DNA of 64,000 bases from Parachlamydiales bacterium (lineage in GTDB: Bacteria > Chlamydiota > Chlamydiia > Chlamydiales > JAJFMK01), in NCBI GenBank assembly GCA_963765145.1, contig CAVXVG010000029.1, positions 128,001 to 192,000 on the forward strand, given 5' to 3'. The notes beneath the pieces were generated by a model. It was given only the letters and a program-made list of their open reading frames with translations, ran no database searches and was not told where the DNA came from. This document shows positions 39,759 through 48,096 of this stretch, one piece after another (position 1 is the stretch's first letter; every line of letters begins with the position of its first letter). A program made the position numbers and the translations under genes.

Positions 39759-41174
39759 ATGCTTAAGCTTTATAAAGAAAACCAAGACTCCTCCCCTGCA
39801 AATCCCAAATCTCCTAAAGACGGGTCATTAAAAATCCCAAAACTAGGGAACAAAATCCATTTCATCAGCCTTGGCTGCCCAAGGAATTTGGTCGATAGCG
39901 AGGTCATGTTAGGCATCTTGTTACAAGCAGGGTACGAAGCAACCGAGCAGCTGGAAAACGCCGATTACCTCGTCATTAACACCTGTGGTTTTCTTGAAGC
40001 TTCACGACAAGAGTCGATGGACACCGTTGACCACGTCTTAAAATCTAAAAAGCCGGGAGCCAAGCTTATCGTAGCCGGCTGCATGGTTCAGACTCACTCC
40101 CAAGAATTAAAAGATAAATTCAATACTGTTGACTATTACTTAGGTTCCGGCGATGTCGAAGGAATTTTGAAGGCCGTCAAATCGACAGAGTCAGGCGAAG
40201 AGATCTCTACTAGCAGAAGCTACCTTGAAGCAGGCGAAATACCTCGCCAACTCTCAACCCCCAAACACTTTGCCTACTTAAAAATTGCAGAAGGGTGTCG
40301 CAAACGGTGCGCCTACTGCATCATCCCCGAAATCAAAGGGCCTCTTAAAAGCAAGACAGTCGAGCAGATCATCAAAGAATTTAGGATGTTAAGGTCGCGC
40401 GGTGTCAAAGAGATCATCTTGATTGCTCAAGACCTTGGGGATTTTGAAAAAGATATCCGCCTTAGAAATCAATCAGGACTTGTCGATCTGTTAAAGACTT
40501 TGCTGCAAGAAGAGGGCGATTACTGGTTACGCCTTCTCTATCTCTACCCGGATGAAATCACTGAAGATCTTTTAGATCTCATGGCAAAAGACAAAAGAAT
40601 CTGCCCTTACCTCGACATGCCCATCCAACACATCAATGATGGGATGCTTAAATCAATGAGACGGATGACATCAAAACAAGAGATCATCTCAACCATTGAA
40701 ACGTTAAGAAAAAAACTGCCTGATGTATCGATCCGCACCAGTTTAATTGTCGGCTTTCCCGGAGAAACGGAAGAGGCTTTTGAAGAGCTCTGCCAGTTTT
40801 TGCAAACAACGCCGCTAGACAACGTCGGTATCTTTAAATACTCAAACGAACCAAAAAGCCCTTCCTACACATTTCCTGACCAAGTTTCTGAAGATGTCAA
40901 ACAAAAACGGTGGGATAAACTGATGCAGATCCAGGCCAAACAGGCCGAAAAATGGAATAAACGGTGGGTTGGAAAAACTATCCCGGTTGTCGTTGAAGGT
41001 TACCACCCTGAAACCCAGATGCTTATGATCGGCCGACACAGAGGACAATGTCCTGACATTGATGGAACTGTGCTCATTAATGATCCGCGCGGCGTTAAAA
41101 AATTTGGCGAAGTCTACAATGTCAAGATCTCCGACGTTGCAGGCTACGACCTAGTCGGCGCTGTTAAAAGCTAA
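39759..41174 (+). CDS. rimO: ribosomal protein S12 methylthiotransferase RimO
   Basis: SLGCPRNLVDSE, NTCGF, KIAEGCRKRCAYCIIP, PDIDG. Confidence 0.96.
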   Translation: MLKLYKENQDSSPANPKSPKDGSLKIPKLGNKIHFISLGCPRNLVDSEVMLGILLQAGYEATEQLENADYLVINTCGFLEASRQESMDTVDHVLKSKKPGAKLIVAGCMVQTHSQELKDKFNTVDYYLGSGDVEGILKAVKSTESGEEISTSRSYLEAGEIPRQLSTPKHFAYLKIAEGCRKRCAYCIIPEIKGPLKSKTVEQIIKEFRMLRSRGVKEIILIAQDLGDFEKDIRLRNQSGLVDLLKTLLQEEGDYWLRLLYLYPDEITEDLLDLMAKDKRICPYLDMPIQHINDGMLKSMRRMTSKQEIISTIETLRKKLPDVSIRTSLIVGFPGETEEAFEELCQFLQTTPLDNVGIFKYSNEPKSPSYTFPDQVSEDVKQKRWDKLMQIQAKQAEKWNKRWVGKTIPVVVEGYHPETQMLMIGRHRGQCPDIDGTVLINDPRGVKKFGEVYNVKISDVAGYDLVGAVKS

Positions 41175-41197
41175 GACAGTGTGTTAACTCAGGGCTT

Positions 41198-41395
41198 TAA
41201 CAGGGTGAACAGGATGAACAGGATAAGCTTCGCCCATACATGATTTTGTTCTGGTAAAAAGGACTGCGCCTATAGAAGCTGACGTCGAGGCGAAGCCCTC
41301 TTTTCCTTGTTTTTCCCATTTTAGAATAGACCTAGGTAGAGCTTATCTTGTTCATCCTGTTCATCCTGTTAAATTTTATAGGATGCCTTTTCCTA
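41198..41395. repeat. repeat family F (inverted arms built from 9 bp AACAGGATG units)
   Basis: AACAGGGTGAACAGGATGAACAGGATAAGCT ... AGCTTATCTTGTTCATCCTGTTCATCCTGTT. Confidence 0.85.
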
Positions 41396-41419
41396 GATTG
41401 TGGGCCTCTGCCTCCTGCT

Positions 41420-42070
41420 TTAACTGCAGTATTTGAGGAACCAGGCGGCGGCCAGATCGGCCACGGTTTTTAGGGCGCCGGGCTCTTCAAATAGATGGGT
41501 AGCCCCTGGCACAATTTCCAACTTCTTAACACACGTTAATTCATCTAAGGCAAGCTCATTTAAAGGGATTACCTCTTTGTCGTTCCCCCCCACAATCAAA
41601 AGAACAGGGGCCTTAATATCAGATAGGATGTCTAGGGCCAAATCGGGCCTTCCACCTCTTGAAACAATCGCAGAAACCTTATCCTTTTCTAGCTGGGCAG
41701 CTACTAACGCTGCAGCAGCGCCTGTACTTGCGCCAAAGTAGCCGATTTTCTTGGACCCTAGCTCCTCGTCTCTTTTTAACCAATCGGTGACCCCTTTTAG
41801 GCGATCAGCCAAAAGGACAATATCAAACCGGTATTCAGCGCTTACAGCATCTTCCTTTTCTTCTTCCGGCGTTAATAGGTCAAAAAGCAGCGTACCCAAG
41901 CGGTGTTCGTTTAACATACTCGCAACAAATTGGTTACGAGGGCTATGCCTTCCGCTTCCACTTCCGTGGGCAAAGAGAATAATAGAGGTGGCCCCCTCAG
42001 GAACCGTCAAATGACCCTGTAGGATAACACCCTGAAATTCGACCTTAATATCTTTGTCAACCGCAACCAT
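41420..42070 (-). CDS. dienelactone hydrolase family alpha/beta hydrolase
   Basis: FAHGSGSGRHSPRN, GYFGASTGA, SRGGRPDL, GATHLFEE. Confidence 0.9.
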   Translation of the reverse strand: MVAVDKDIKVEFQGVILQGHLTVPEGATSIILFAHGSGSGRHSPRNQFVASMLNEHRLGTLLFDLLTPEEEKEDAVSAEYRFDIVLLADRLKGVTDWLKRDEELGSKKIGYFGASTGAAAALVAAQLEKDKVSAIVSRGGRPDLALDILSDIKAPVLLIVGGNDKEVIPLNELALDELTCVKKLEIVPGATHLFEEPGALKTVADLAAAWFLKYCS

Positions 42071-42228
42071 CTGAGAACCACCTATTAGGCGTCTTTACAA
42101 TAATTAACAATTCTTTGCAATTTCTTAAAACAACGCAATGTTATGAAGAGTTTAAAGATGCAGGTTACGTGCCAATGGGCTCCTAGCCTAAAAAGTTAAA
42201 TAAAATAAAATATAAATAGGAGAAATGT

Positions 42229-42729
42229 ATGAATATCATCGTTAAATGTACTCTTGCCGCTTGTGCTTTGCTCTTTAGTGGCTCTACTTTATCTGCTGCA
42301 TACGACCAATGTGGTGTTTTCAACAACCGTGGGGAAATTGTTCCTTACAACAGACCTGTTGTTGAAAAGTGCTGCTGCACAAAACCTTGTCCACCATGCC
42401 CAAAACCTTACTGCCCACCACCAAGAGTGATCTGCTACTCATGCCCATCTTGCCCTGAGTATGCTGCTTACTGGGAAAAACAAGACGCGGCTATGACTAA
42501 CGACGTTAATAACGTACGTGGTGCTCCATCACCTGTTCAAGTTGATCAATGGGAATCAAAAGGCTTTAACGACAACGGCCGTATGATGAACCGTTACATG
42601 AACAAAGATGAAAACAAATCAGAAATGGACAACACTCGTGAAAACGGTGCAATGAACGGCAACAACATGAACATGAACAACAACATGAACATGAACCGTG
42701 ACATGAACATGAACAACATGAACAAATAA
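42229..42729 (+). CDS. secreted Cys/Pro-rich protein with Asn/Met-rich low-complexity tail
   Basis: AGGAGA RBS, signal peptide, CCCTKPCPPCPKPYCPPP, tandem AACATG repeats at ~42658-42723. Confidence 0.8.
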   Translation: MNIIVKCTLAACALLFSGSTLSAAYDQCGVFNNRGEIVPYNRPVVEKCCCTKPCPPCPKPYCPPPRVICYSCPSCPEYAAYWEKQDAAMTNDVNNVRGAPSPVQVDQWESKGFNDNGRMMNRYMNKDENKSEMDNTRENGAMNGNNMNMNNNMNMNRDMNMNNMNK

Positions 42730-42749
42730 TTTAAAAGGGAAATAAGTGT

Positions 42750-43073
42750 ATGAAAGCATTAACGTTATTTTTGGTAAGCTCTCTGATGGTGGTTTCAGAG
42801 GCAGATGCAGCGTATAGCGATTACTCTACATCTACACCAAACACGAACTCAACAAATAGCGAAGATGTCTATAGTAGGGTTAGAGCCGCTTTAGAGAACG
42901 ATCCGATATTGACCAAAAATGGGAACAATATCCAAGTGTCGATCGACTCAAGCAACCGAGTGACTTTAACCGGAACTGTTTCACAAGCCTCTGATAAACG
43001 GAGGGCCGAGACCCTCGTAAGAGGAATGAGAGGCGTTAAAACTGTGAACAACAACATCACTTATTCTCGATAA
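42750..43073 (+). CDS. BON-domain protein
   Basis: Signal peptide; VTLTGTV...AE...GVKTVNNNI. Confidence 0.88.
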   Translation: MKALTLFLVSSLMVVSEADAAYSDYSTSTPNTNSTNSEDVYSRVRAALENDPILTKNGNNIQVSIDSSNRVTLTGTVSQASDKRRAETLVRGMRGVKTVNNNITYSR

Positions 43074-43083
43074 TCAAAGCCTG

Positions 43084-43122
43084 GATCGGCTCTAACATTT
43101 ACGTTAGAGCCGATCTTTTTTT
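43084..43122 (+). terminator. intrinsic terminator
   Basis: GATCGGCTCTAAC/GTTAGAGCCGATC stem followed by T7. Confidence 0.8.
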
Positions 43123-43125
43123 AAT

Positions 43126-43257
43126 GCGAATTTGACAATGTAGCTTAGACTTTAGTCTGAGCTCGTTTTTGCAGGTTTTAACCTGCAACCATTGCCACGG
43201 GTTAAAACCCGTGGTAACGAGCTCAGGCTAAAGCCTAAGCTACATTGTTAAATTCGC
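43126..43257. repeat. repeat family C (43137-43246) with extra outer inverted arms
   Basis: GCGAATTTGAC-AATGTAGCTTAG ... CTAAGCTACATT-GTTAAATTCGC. Confidence 0.85.
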
Positions 43258-43277
43258 GTTTTTCTGCCTTCAGTGAA

Positions 43278-45077
43278 TCAAGAAACAACAATCAGCTCGA
43301 TGGAGCGGGGAAGCTTTCTCATGATTTCTGTAACCAGATTACCTCGTAAACTTGTTAACAACCTGTTGGTTCGATGCACCTGAAGAATGACAGCATTTGC
43401 TTTTAGCCTTTTGGCGTGCTCAACAATGTTGAGTGATGGGGCATCGGTCACATCGTACATAAAAATAAAGGGACGCTCTTGAAGGCTTTGCTTGATGTAG
43501 TCAAAAACAGCTTTTGCTTTTTCATCGCCACTCCAAGAGAGGCCTGATTCCTGCTTAAAAAGCTTATGCTCCCGAATAAACACCACATGCAACAGATCTT
43601 TCGTATTTTGAGCATACTTTAAAGCGAAATCAAGTCCTCTTCCCGTTTTTGTGACAGCGCAGAGAAACGAGCCGCTTGTCGGAATTGGCGGTTCTACTTG
43701 CCCAATAGGGATTGGGACGATTTTCTCTTCCTGTTCTTTAACAAGCGCATGGAGAAGCAAGCCGATAGTGACAACCGATAAAATAAAAAGCCTAGCTTCC
43801 GGCTTTTCAATAAAAAGAGTCACCTCAACGGCGATCATAATGAGTGCTGTTGCCAACATTAAAACCCGCTCTCGAACAGAAAGAGCAAGGCTTTTATCTG
43901 TTGATGTCGAACTTAAATTAGTTGCAATCGCCCCCACAAAGCCCATGGCATAAAGATTAGCAAGCATCACAAGATCATGAGCAAATAACAGAACAATCAT
44001 CGGCGCAGCTGTTGCTATGAAAAGGGAAAAAACAGGGACTCCAAACCGATTGATTTGGCAAAAAATTGCCGGTATTTGCCGATCTTTTGCCATCACAAAT
44101 AAAAGAGAGTTGAAAGCAACAATGGCTGTGTTGACAGCCGAAAGGAGGAGAATGCCTAAAGAGATGCTGAGCGCCACTCCAAAAAGAGTGCCAAAGCTAT
44201 CTCCAAAAAATTGGGAGGAGAAAACCTCTCCCATATACCGGAGCATCACATCCTGGACGTTTGGGTATCCCGGGGCAGACACCACTCCATCTTGCATCAC
44301 AAGCCCAGGAAGGGCGTTAACCACGAGACTGAACAATGTTGTCATGATGCTCACTTCAAGCATCACCGTCAAAATAGCCGGTGTGGAGGTTTGTGTCACA
44401 GATGGTTTTTTTTCTGTACCAGGATTCAGCCGCATAATGCCTGTCATGTTGGCAATCGACTCAACACCTGATAAAGCGACAATGATGCTGACGAAGCTGA
44501 CCCAACTAGACCATCCCTCTTCGAAAGGCCCCAGATGTTTTATCCCCTCTTCGATATGAAAGACCGAAAAAAAACCAAGGATAAGGACGGATACAAATGC
44601 GCACAAAGCGACAATGAATGCAAAATTTCCTGACCGTCTAGGGCCAAAATAATTGATGACTCCTATCAGACCGATTGCCCCTATAGCCCAAAAAGTAGCA
44701 TGCCCCACATTCATGTAACTGAAGGCGGAAAATGCGCTTAAGGAAGCCGTAATGATATAATCGCAAATCAGAAAAAGACCACCCACCATCGCCAAGCTTT
44801 CGGAGCGGTGCCTGACGCTTGCATAAACCCCTCCCCCATTGGGGTAACACCTGCAGATCACCATGTAATTAATACCCACCAGGAGGTTCAAAATACTGGC
44901 CATGAGAACAAGCCATGGAGAGCTGTAACCGGCCAAGATAAACGCTAAACCTACAACATAAGCTTTGCTTGTCCCCCAGTCTCCATAAAGAAAAGCGGCG
45001 GCCTGCGGAACGTCTAGATTACGGGGTCGTTCGGTTTGATAGACGTTGGATGGAAAAGCTTCTGTAGAAGTTGTCAT
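43278..45077 (-). CDS. APC-family permease with C-terminal USP-like domain
   Basis: GDWGTSKAY, YPNGGGVY, SGVESI; about 12 TM segments; cytoplasmic C-terminal domain. Confidence 0.88.
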   Translation of the reverse strand: MTTSTEAFPSNVYQTERPRNLDVPQAAAFLYGDWGTSKAYVVGLAFILAGYSSPWLVLMASILNLLVGINYMVICRCYPNGGGVYASVRHRSESLAMVGGLFLICDYIITASLSAFSAFSYMNVGHATFWAIGAIGLIGVINYFGPRRSGNFAFIVALCAFVSVLILGFFSVFHIEEGIKHLGPFEEGWSSWVSFVSIIVALSGVESIANMTGIMRLNPGTEKKPSVTQTSTPAILTVMLEVSIMTTLFSLVVNALPGLVMQDGVVSAPGYPNVQDVMLRYMGEVFSSQFFGDSFGTLFGVALSISLGILLLSAVNTAIVAFNSLLFVMAKDRQIPAIFCQINRFGVPVFSLFIATAAPMIVLLFAHDLVMLANLYAMGFVGAIATNLSSTSTDKSLALSVRERVLMLATALIMIAVEVTLFIEKPEARLFILSVVTIGLLLHALVKEQEEKIVPIPIGQVEPPIPTSGSFLCAVTKTGRGLDFALKYAQNTKDLLHVVFIREHKLFKQESGLSWSGDEKAKAVFDYIKQSLQERPFIFMYDVTDAPSLNIVEHAKRLKANAVILQVHRTNRLLTSLRGNLVTEIMRKLPRSIELIVVS

Positions 45078-45201
45078 TTTAAAAACCTAAAGGGGTCTAC
45101 TCACCTTTATAGAGCCGATCTTTTTTCTTGTCATATTTTTCACAAAATGTTTAAAGATAGGATTTCGGCAATGACGCCGTTCTTAACTTTTTGGTGATAA
45201 A

Positions 45202-45351
45202 ATGCGCTTTACCAGTAACATTGGCTTTATTCTGTTAGCTATCTATCTTATTCTTGTTGGACTTGGAATTTTAGCCGGCATTGCCATCCCTGCTATTATC
45301 ATGGGCATTTTGGCCATCGCTTCCGGCGTTTTCCTCCTCATCGGAAGATAA
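45202..45351 (+). CDS. 49 aa two-TM membrane protein (not in ORF track)
   Basis: MRFTSNIGFILLAIYLILVGLGILAGIAIPAIIMGILAIASGVFLLIGR*. Confidence 0.75.
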   Translation: MRFTSNIGFILLAIYLILVGLGILAGIAIPAIIMGILAIASGVFLLIGR

Positions 45352-45374
45352 GAAAGGTTATTAGAAAATAATAA

Positions 45375-45477
45375 CCTTGCCCGTGCCCTTGCCCTTGCCC
45401 GAAAAACTTGTTGGTAAAAAGGTTTTATACTTAGGCTGAACAGCTTTTTCGTTAAAAAATCGGGCACGGGCACGGGG
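45375..45477. repeat. repeat family H: inverted arms of 6 bp units
   Basis: (T/G)TGCCC units ending CCCGA ... TCGGGCACGGGCACGGG. Confidence 0.7.
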
Positions 45478-45497
45478 ATTTCTGATATAACAGTTAT

Positions 45498-46361
45498 ATG
45501 TACTACTGGTTACTGCTTCTTGCTTTTGTCTTACCGCCACCTCCGTTGCCACCAAAAACTAAGTTGGGTCCCACACCTTACATAAAAGGGGTGTTGGTCA
45601 ATCAGCTAGGCAATCAAATGTTCCAAGTGGCCACCGTTTTAAGCCATGCATGGGATAACGGTGCTGTCCCCATTTTCCCTGAGCTTGTCAACGACCCCAA
45701 AGAACATTGGTGGAAGTTTGGAACCAACTATCGTTATGTGTTTTGGAGACTCAATACACAGCCTCCTCCAAGAAAAATCGCTTTTAGACACTCATATCAA
45801 GGTCTTCCCTACCAAGAGATCCCGTTTGAACCTGACATGGAATTGTCGGGCTATTTTCAATCAGAAAAATTCTTTGCTCACCATAAAGACGAAATATTAG
45901 AGCTTTTTCAACCTCATGAAATATTGCTGAACTACATTGAAAAGCATTTTCCTTGGCTAGAAAAAGAAAACACGGTCTCTGTACACCTCAGATTTTATAC
46001 TCCAAACGATGGGTTGCATCTACTTCCTAACCTGCCTGCTAGTTGGTACGAAAAGGCGATGCTTTCTTTCCCTGACTATCATCTTTTTGTCGTTTTCTCA
46101 AACAACATCCCACGGGCCAGACAGGCCCTTGCCCGCATTCCTAGAAGGATGGTCTTTATAGAAGAGCAACCCCATTTCATTGACCTATTTGCTATGAGCA
46201 TGTGCAAACATAACATCATCGCAAACTCTTCTTTTTCCTGGTGGGGTGCTTATATGAACCGGAATCCTTCCAAAATTGTCATTGGCCCAAAAAGATGGTT
46301 CACCAAAGAATCTGGGCTTGATAGCTCTGACATCATGCCTTCAGACTGGATTGTTCAATAA
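45498..46361 (+). CDS. alpha-1,2-fucosyltransferase-like (GT11)
   Basis: LGNQMFQ, GYFQSEKFF, SVHLR, IIANSSFSWWGAY. Confidence 0.9.
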   Translation: MYYWLLLLAFVLPPPPLPPKTKLGPTPYIKGVLVNQLGNQMFQVATVLSHAWDNGAVPIFPELVNDPKEHWWKFGTNYRYVFWRLNTQPPPRKIAFRHSYQGLPYQEIPFEPDMELSGYFQSEKFFAHHKDEILELFQPHEILLNYIEKHFPWLEKENTVSVHLRFYTPNDGLHLLPNLPASWYEKAMLSFPDYHLFVVFSNNIPRARQALARIPRRMVFIEEQPHFIDLFAMSMCKHNIIANSSFSWWGAYMNRNPSKIVIGPKRWFTKESGLDSSDIMPSDWIVQ

Positions 46362-46380
46362 CGAAGCTTTAGACCAAGAA

Positions 46381-46582
46381 GGTTTTTTGGTCACAATAAA
46401 AAATAACAGGATGAACATGATGAACAGGATAAGCTTCGCCAACTAAATTAATTTTTATTTGCAAAATGACAATGCTAGGCGAAGCTTATCCTGTCGCCGA
46501 AGGCGATCCTGTTCATCCTGTTTAATTTATCGGAAGCTTTTCCTTAGATTAGTGCAATACATACGGCTACTGTGATCTGGAG
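46381..46582. repeat. repeat family F, near reverse-complement copy of 4074-4280
   Basis: Shares arms and the asymmetric flank GGAAGCTTTTCCTTAG..TGCAATACATA..GTGATCTGGAG. Confidence 0.88.
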
Positions 46583-46603
46583 CAAGCTTCAAAATAACGG
46601 ATT

Positions 46604-46804
46604 TTAGTAACCGTAGGGGCCGGGTCTTTGGGCTTGAGGGACAACGGCTTTTGTTGCCGGTGTAGCAGGCGTTGGAAAAATGCTGTCGTCAGGATTAATC
46701 CCGGGTTGTGCTGCCGAATTATTTCCAGGATTTTGACCCGGTAGATCAACTGCCTCTGCAAAAAGGAGTGGACTTGCTGCTAACAGCGCGAGAAATACTT
46801 TCAT
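46604..46804 (-). CDS. small secreted Pro-rich hypothetical protein
   Basis: MKVFLALLAASPLLFAEA signal peptide; overlaps the upstream stop (ATGA). Confidence 0.6.
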   Translation of the reverse strand: MKVFLALLAASPLLFAEAVDLPGQNPGNNSAAQPGINPDDSIFPTPATPATKAVVPQAQRPGPYGY

Positions 46805-47943
46805 AAAACAACCTTCCTTCCATTGATCCAAGTCCCGAGGACTTGAATGTTTTTAATTTGATGAGGATCTAATTTCTTCGGGTTTTGACTTAAGAGCACA
46901 AAATCGGCCTTTTTTCCCACCTCAATGCTTCCGATTTCTTTCTCTCTGAATGTTTGCCAGGCGGCATGTAGAGTTAATGCTTTGATCGTATCCTCCACTG
47001 TTAATCTTTCGTCTAAATTGGACAAACTTCTTCCTAATGTTTCTTGAATAGAGGCAATTTCTAACATCAAAAGAGGGTGATTAGCTGAAGGATGGGCATC
47101 ATCGCTAAAGCTAAATTTGCCCCCTGTCTTTTTAGCAAGACCGACTCGATCAATTTGGTTTGTGAGCGGCTCACATTTTAACCGTTCCTTGCAGGCAGTT
47201 TCCCAATAATAAGTGTGAGCATTGGTAAAGCATGGCGACGCCTTCACAGCGTATATCTGTTCTATTAGCTTTTGATCTTCTAAAGAGACATTCTCAAGTA
47301 AATAGCGATGATCCCCTTTGGGGTATTGTTGAAAAGCATTTTCTGCAAGAGTAAGTGCAGTTCTCACCTCTTCATCCCCACAGGCACAAAAAACGATCTG
47401 CAAATTGGACTTTCTGGCTTGCAAGACTAACGGTTGCATGGTCGATTTTTGGCCACCGATTCTGACGCCCAATACCTTGAATAGTTCGTCGTTGCCCTTT
47501 TGCAGTTCGGGCATCTCTTCGATTTTATCTGATGGCACATACCCTTGGATCCTGACAGGGCAGTTTTCTTGATGAGCAAGCTCTCGTATTGGTTCAATTG
47601 ACCCTTTCAGCTCCAAGTCGGTGACGGTAGTGAAACCATTTTTAGCATAAGCCTTTAAGTCTTCCATCTCGGCACTTAAAGGCTTAAACGCTATAAAACC
47701 AGGAAGCAGCACGCTACCATTTAGGTCGAGCAGCTCTGTTTGATCTCCTTTCCACTTCATCACCTCCTGCTTTTTCCCGACAGAAAGAATTTTTCCATTT
47801 CTAACCGCAACCGCTTCAACTGCAGGATTGGCTTCATTAACAGTCAGGATGTCGCCGCCAAATAAAATCAGATCTGCGCGATCAGAGCCAACTGCTGCCG
47901 CAAAGGAAAAGAAAAATAAGAAACACCAAAAAATGATCTGCAT
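46801..47943 (-). CDS. YtcJ-like amidohydrolase homolog, shortened and lacking His ligands
   Basis: EAVAVRNGKI, DLNGSVLLPGF, GSIEVGKKADFVLL; no HxH motif. Confidence 0.75.
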   Translation of the reverse strand: MQIIFWCFLFFFSFAAAVGSDRADLILFGGDILTVNEANPAVEAVAVRNGKILSVGKKQEVMKWKGDQTELLDLNGSVLLPGFIAFKPLSAEMEDLKAYAKNGFTTVTDLELKGSIEPIRELAHQENCPVRIQGYVPSDKIEEMPELQKGNDELFKVLGVRIGGQKSTMQPLVLQARKSNLQIVFCACGDEEVRTALTLAENAFQQYPKGDHRYLLENVSLEDQKLIEQIYAVKASPCFTNAHTYYWETACKERLKCEPLTNQIDRVGLAKKTGGKFSFSDDAHPSANHPLLMLEIASIQETLGRSLSNLDERLTVEDTIKALTLHAAWQTFREKEIGSIEVGKKADFVLLSQNPKKLDPHQIKNIQVLGTWINGRKVVL

Positions 47944-48096
47944 CCCGAGTGTTCATTTAACAAATCGCCTTTGCAACATCCAGTATTATTTTTCAGTAAA
48001 ATTAAGCTTTGAGCTGAATTGATCATTTCAGAGTGGAGAGACGCATTAGAAAACTTTTGACTGGGAAAGATTCTCTTTTCTCCATAGCATGTTTTG

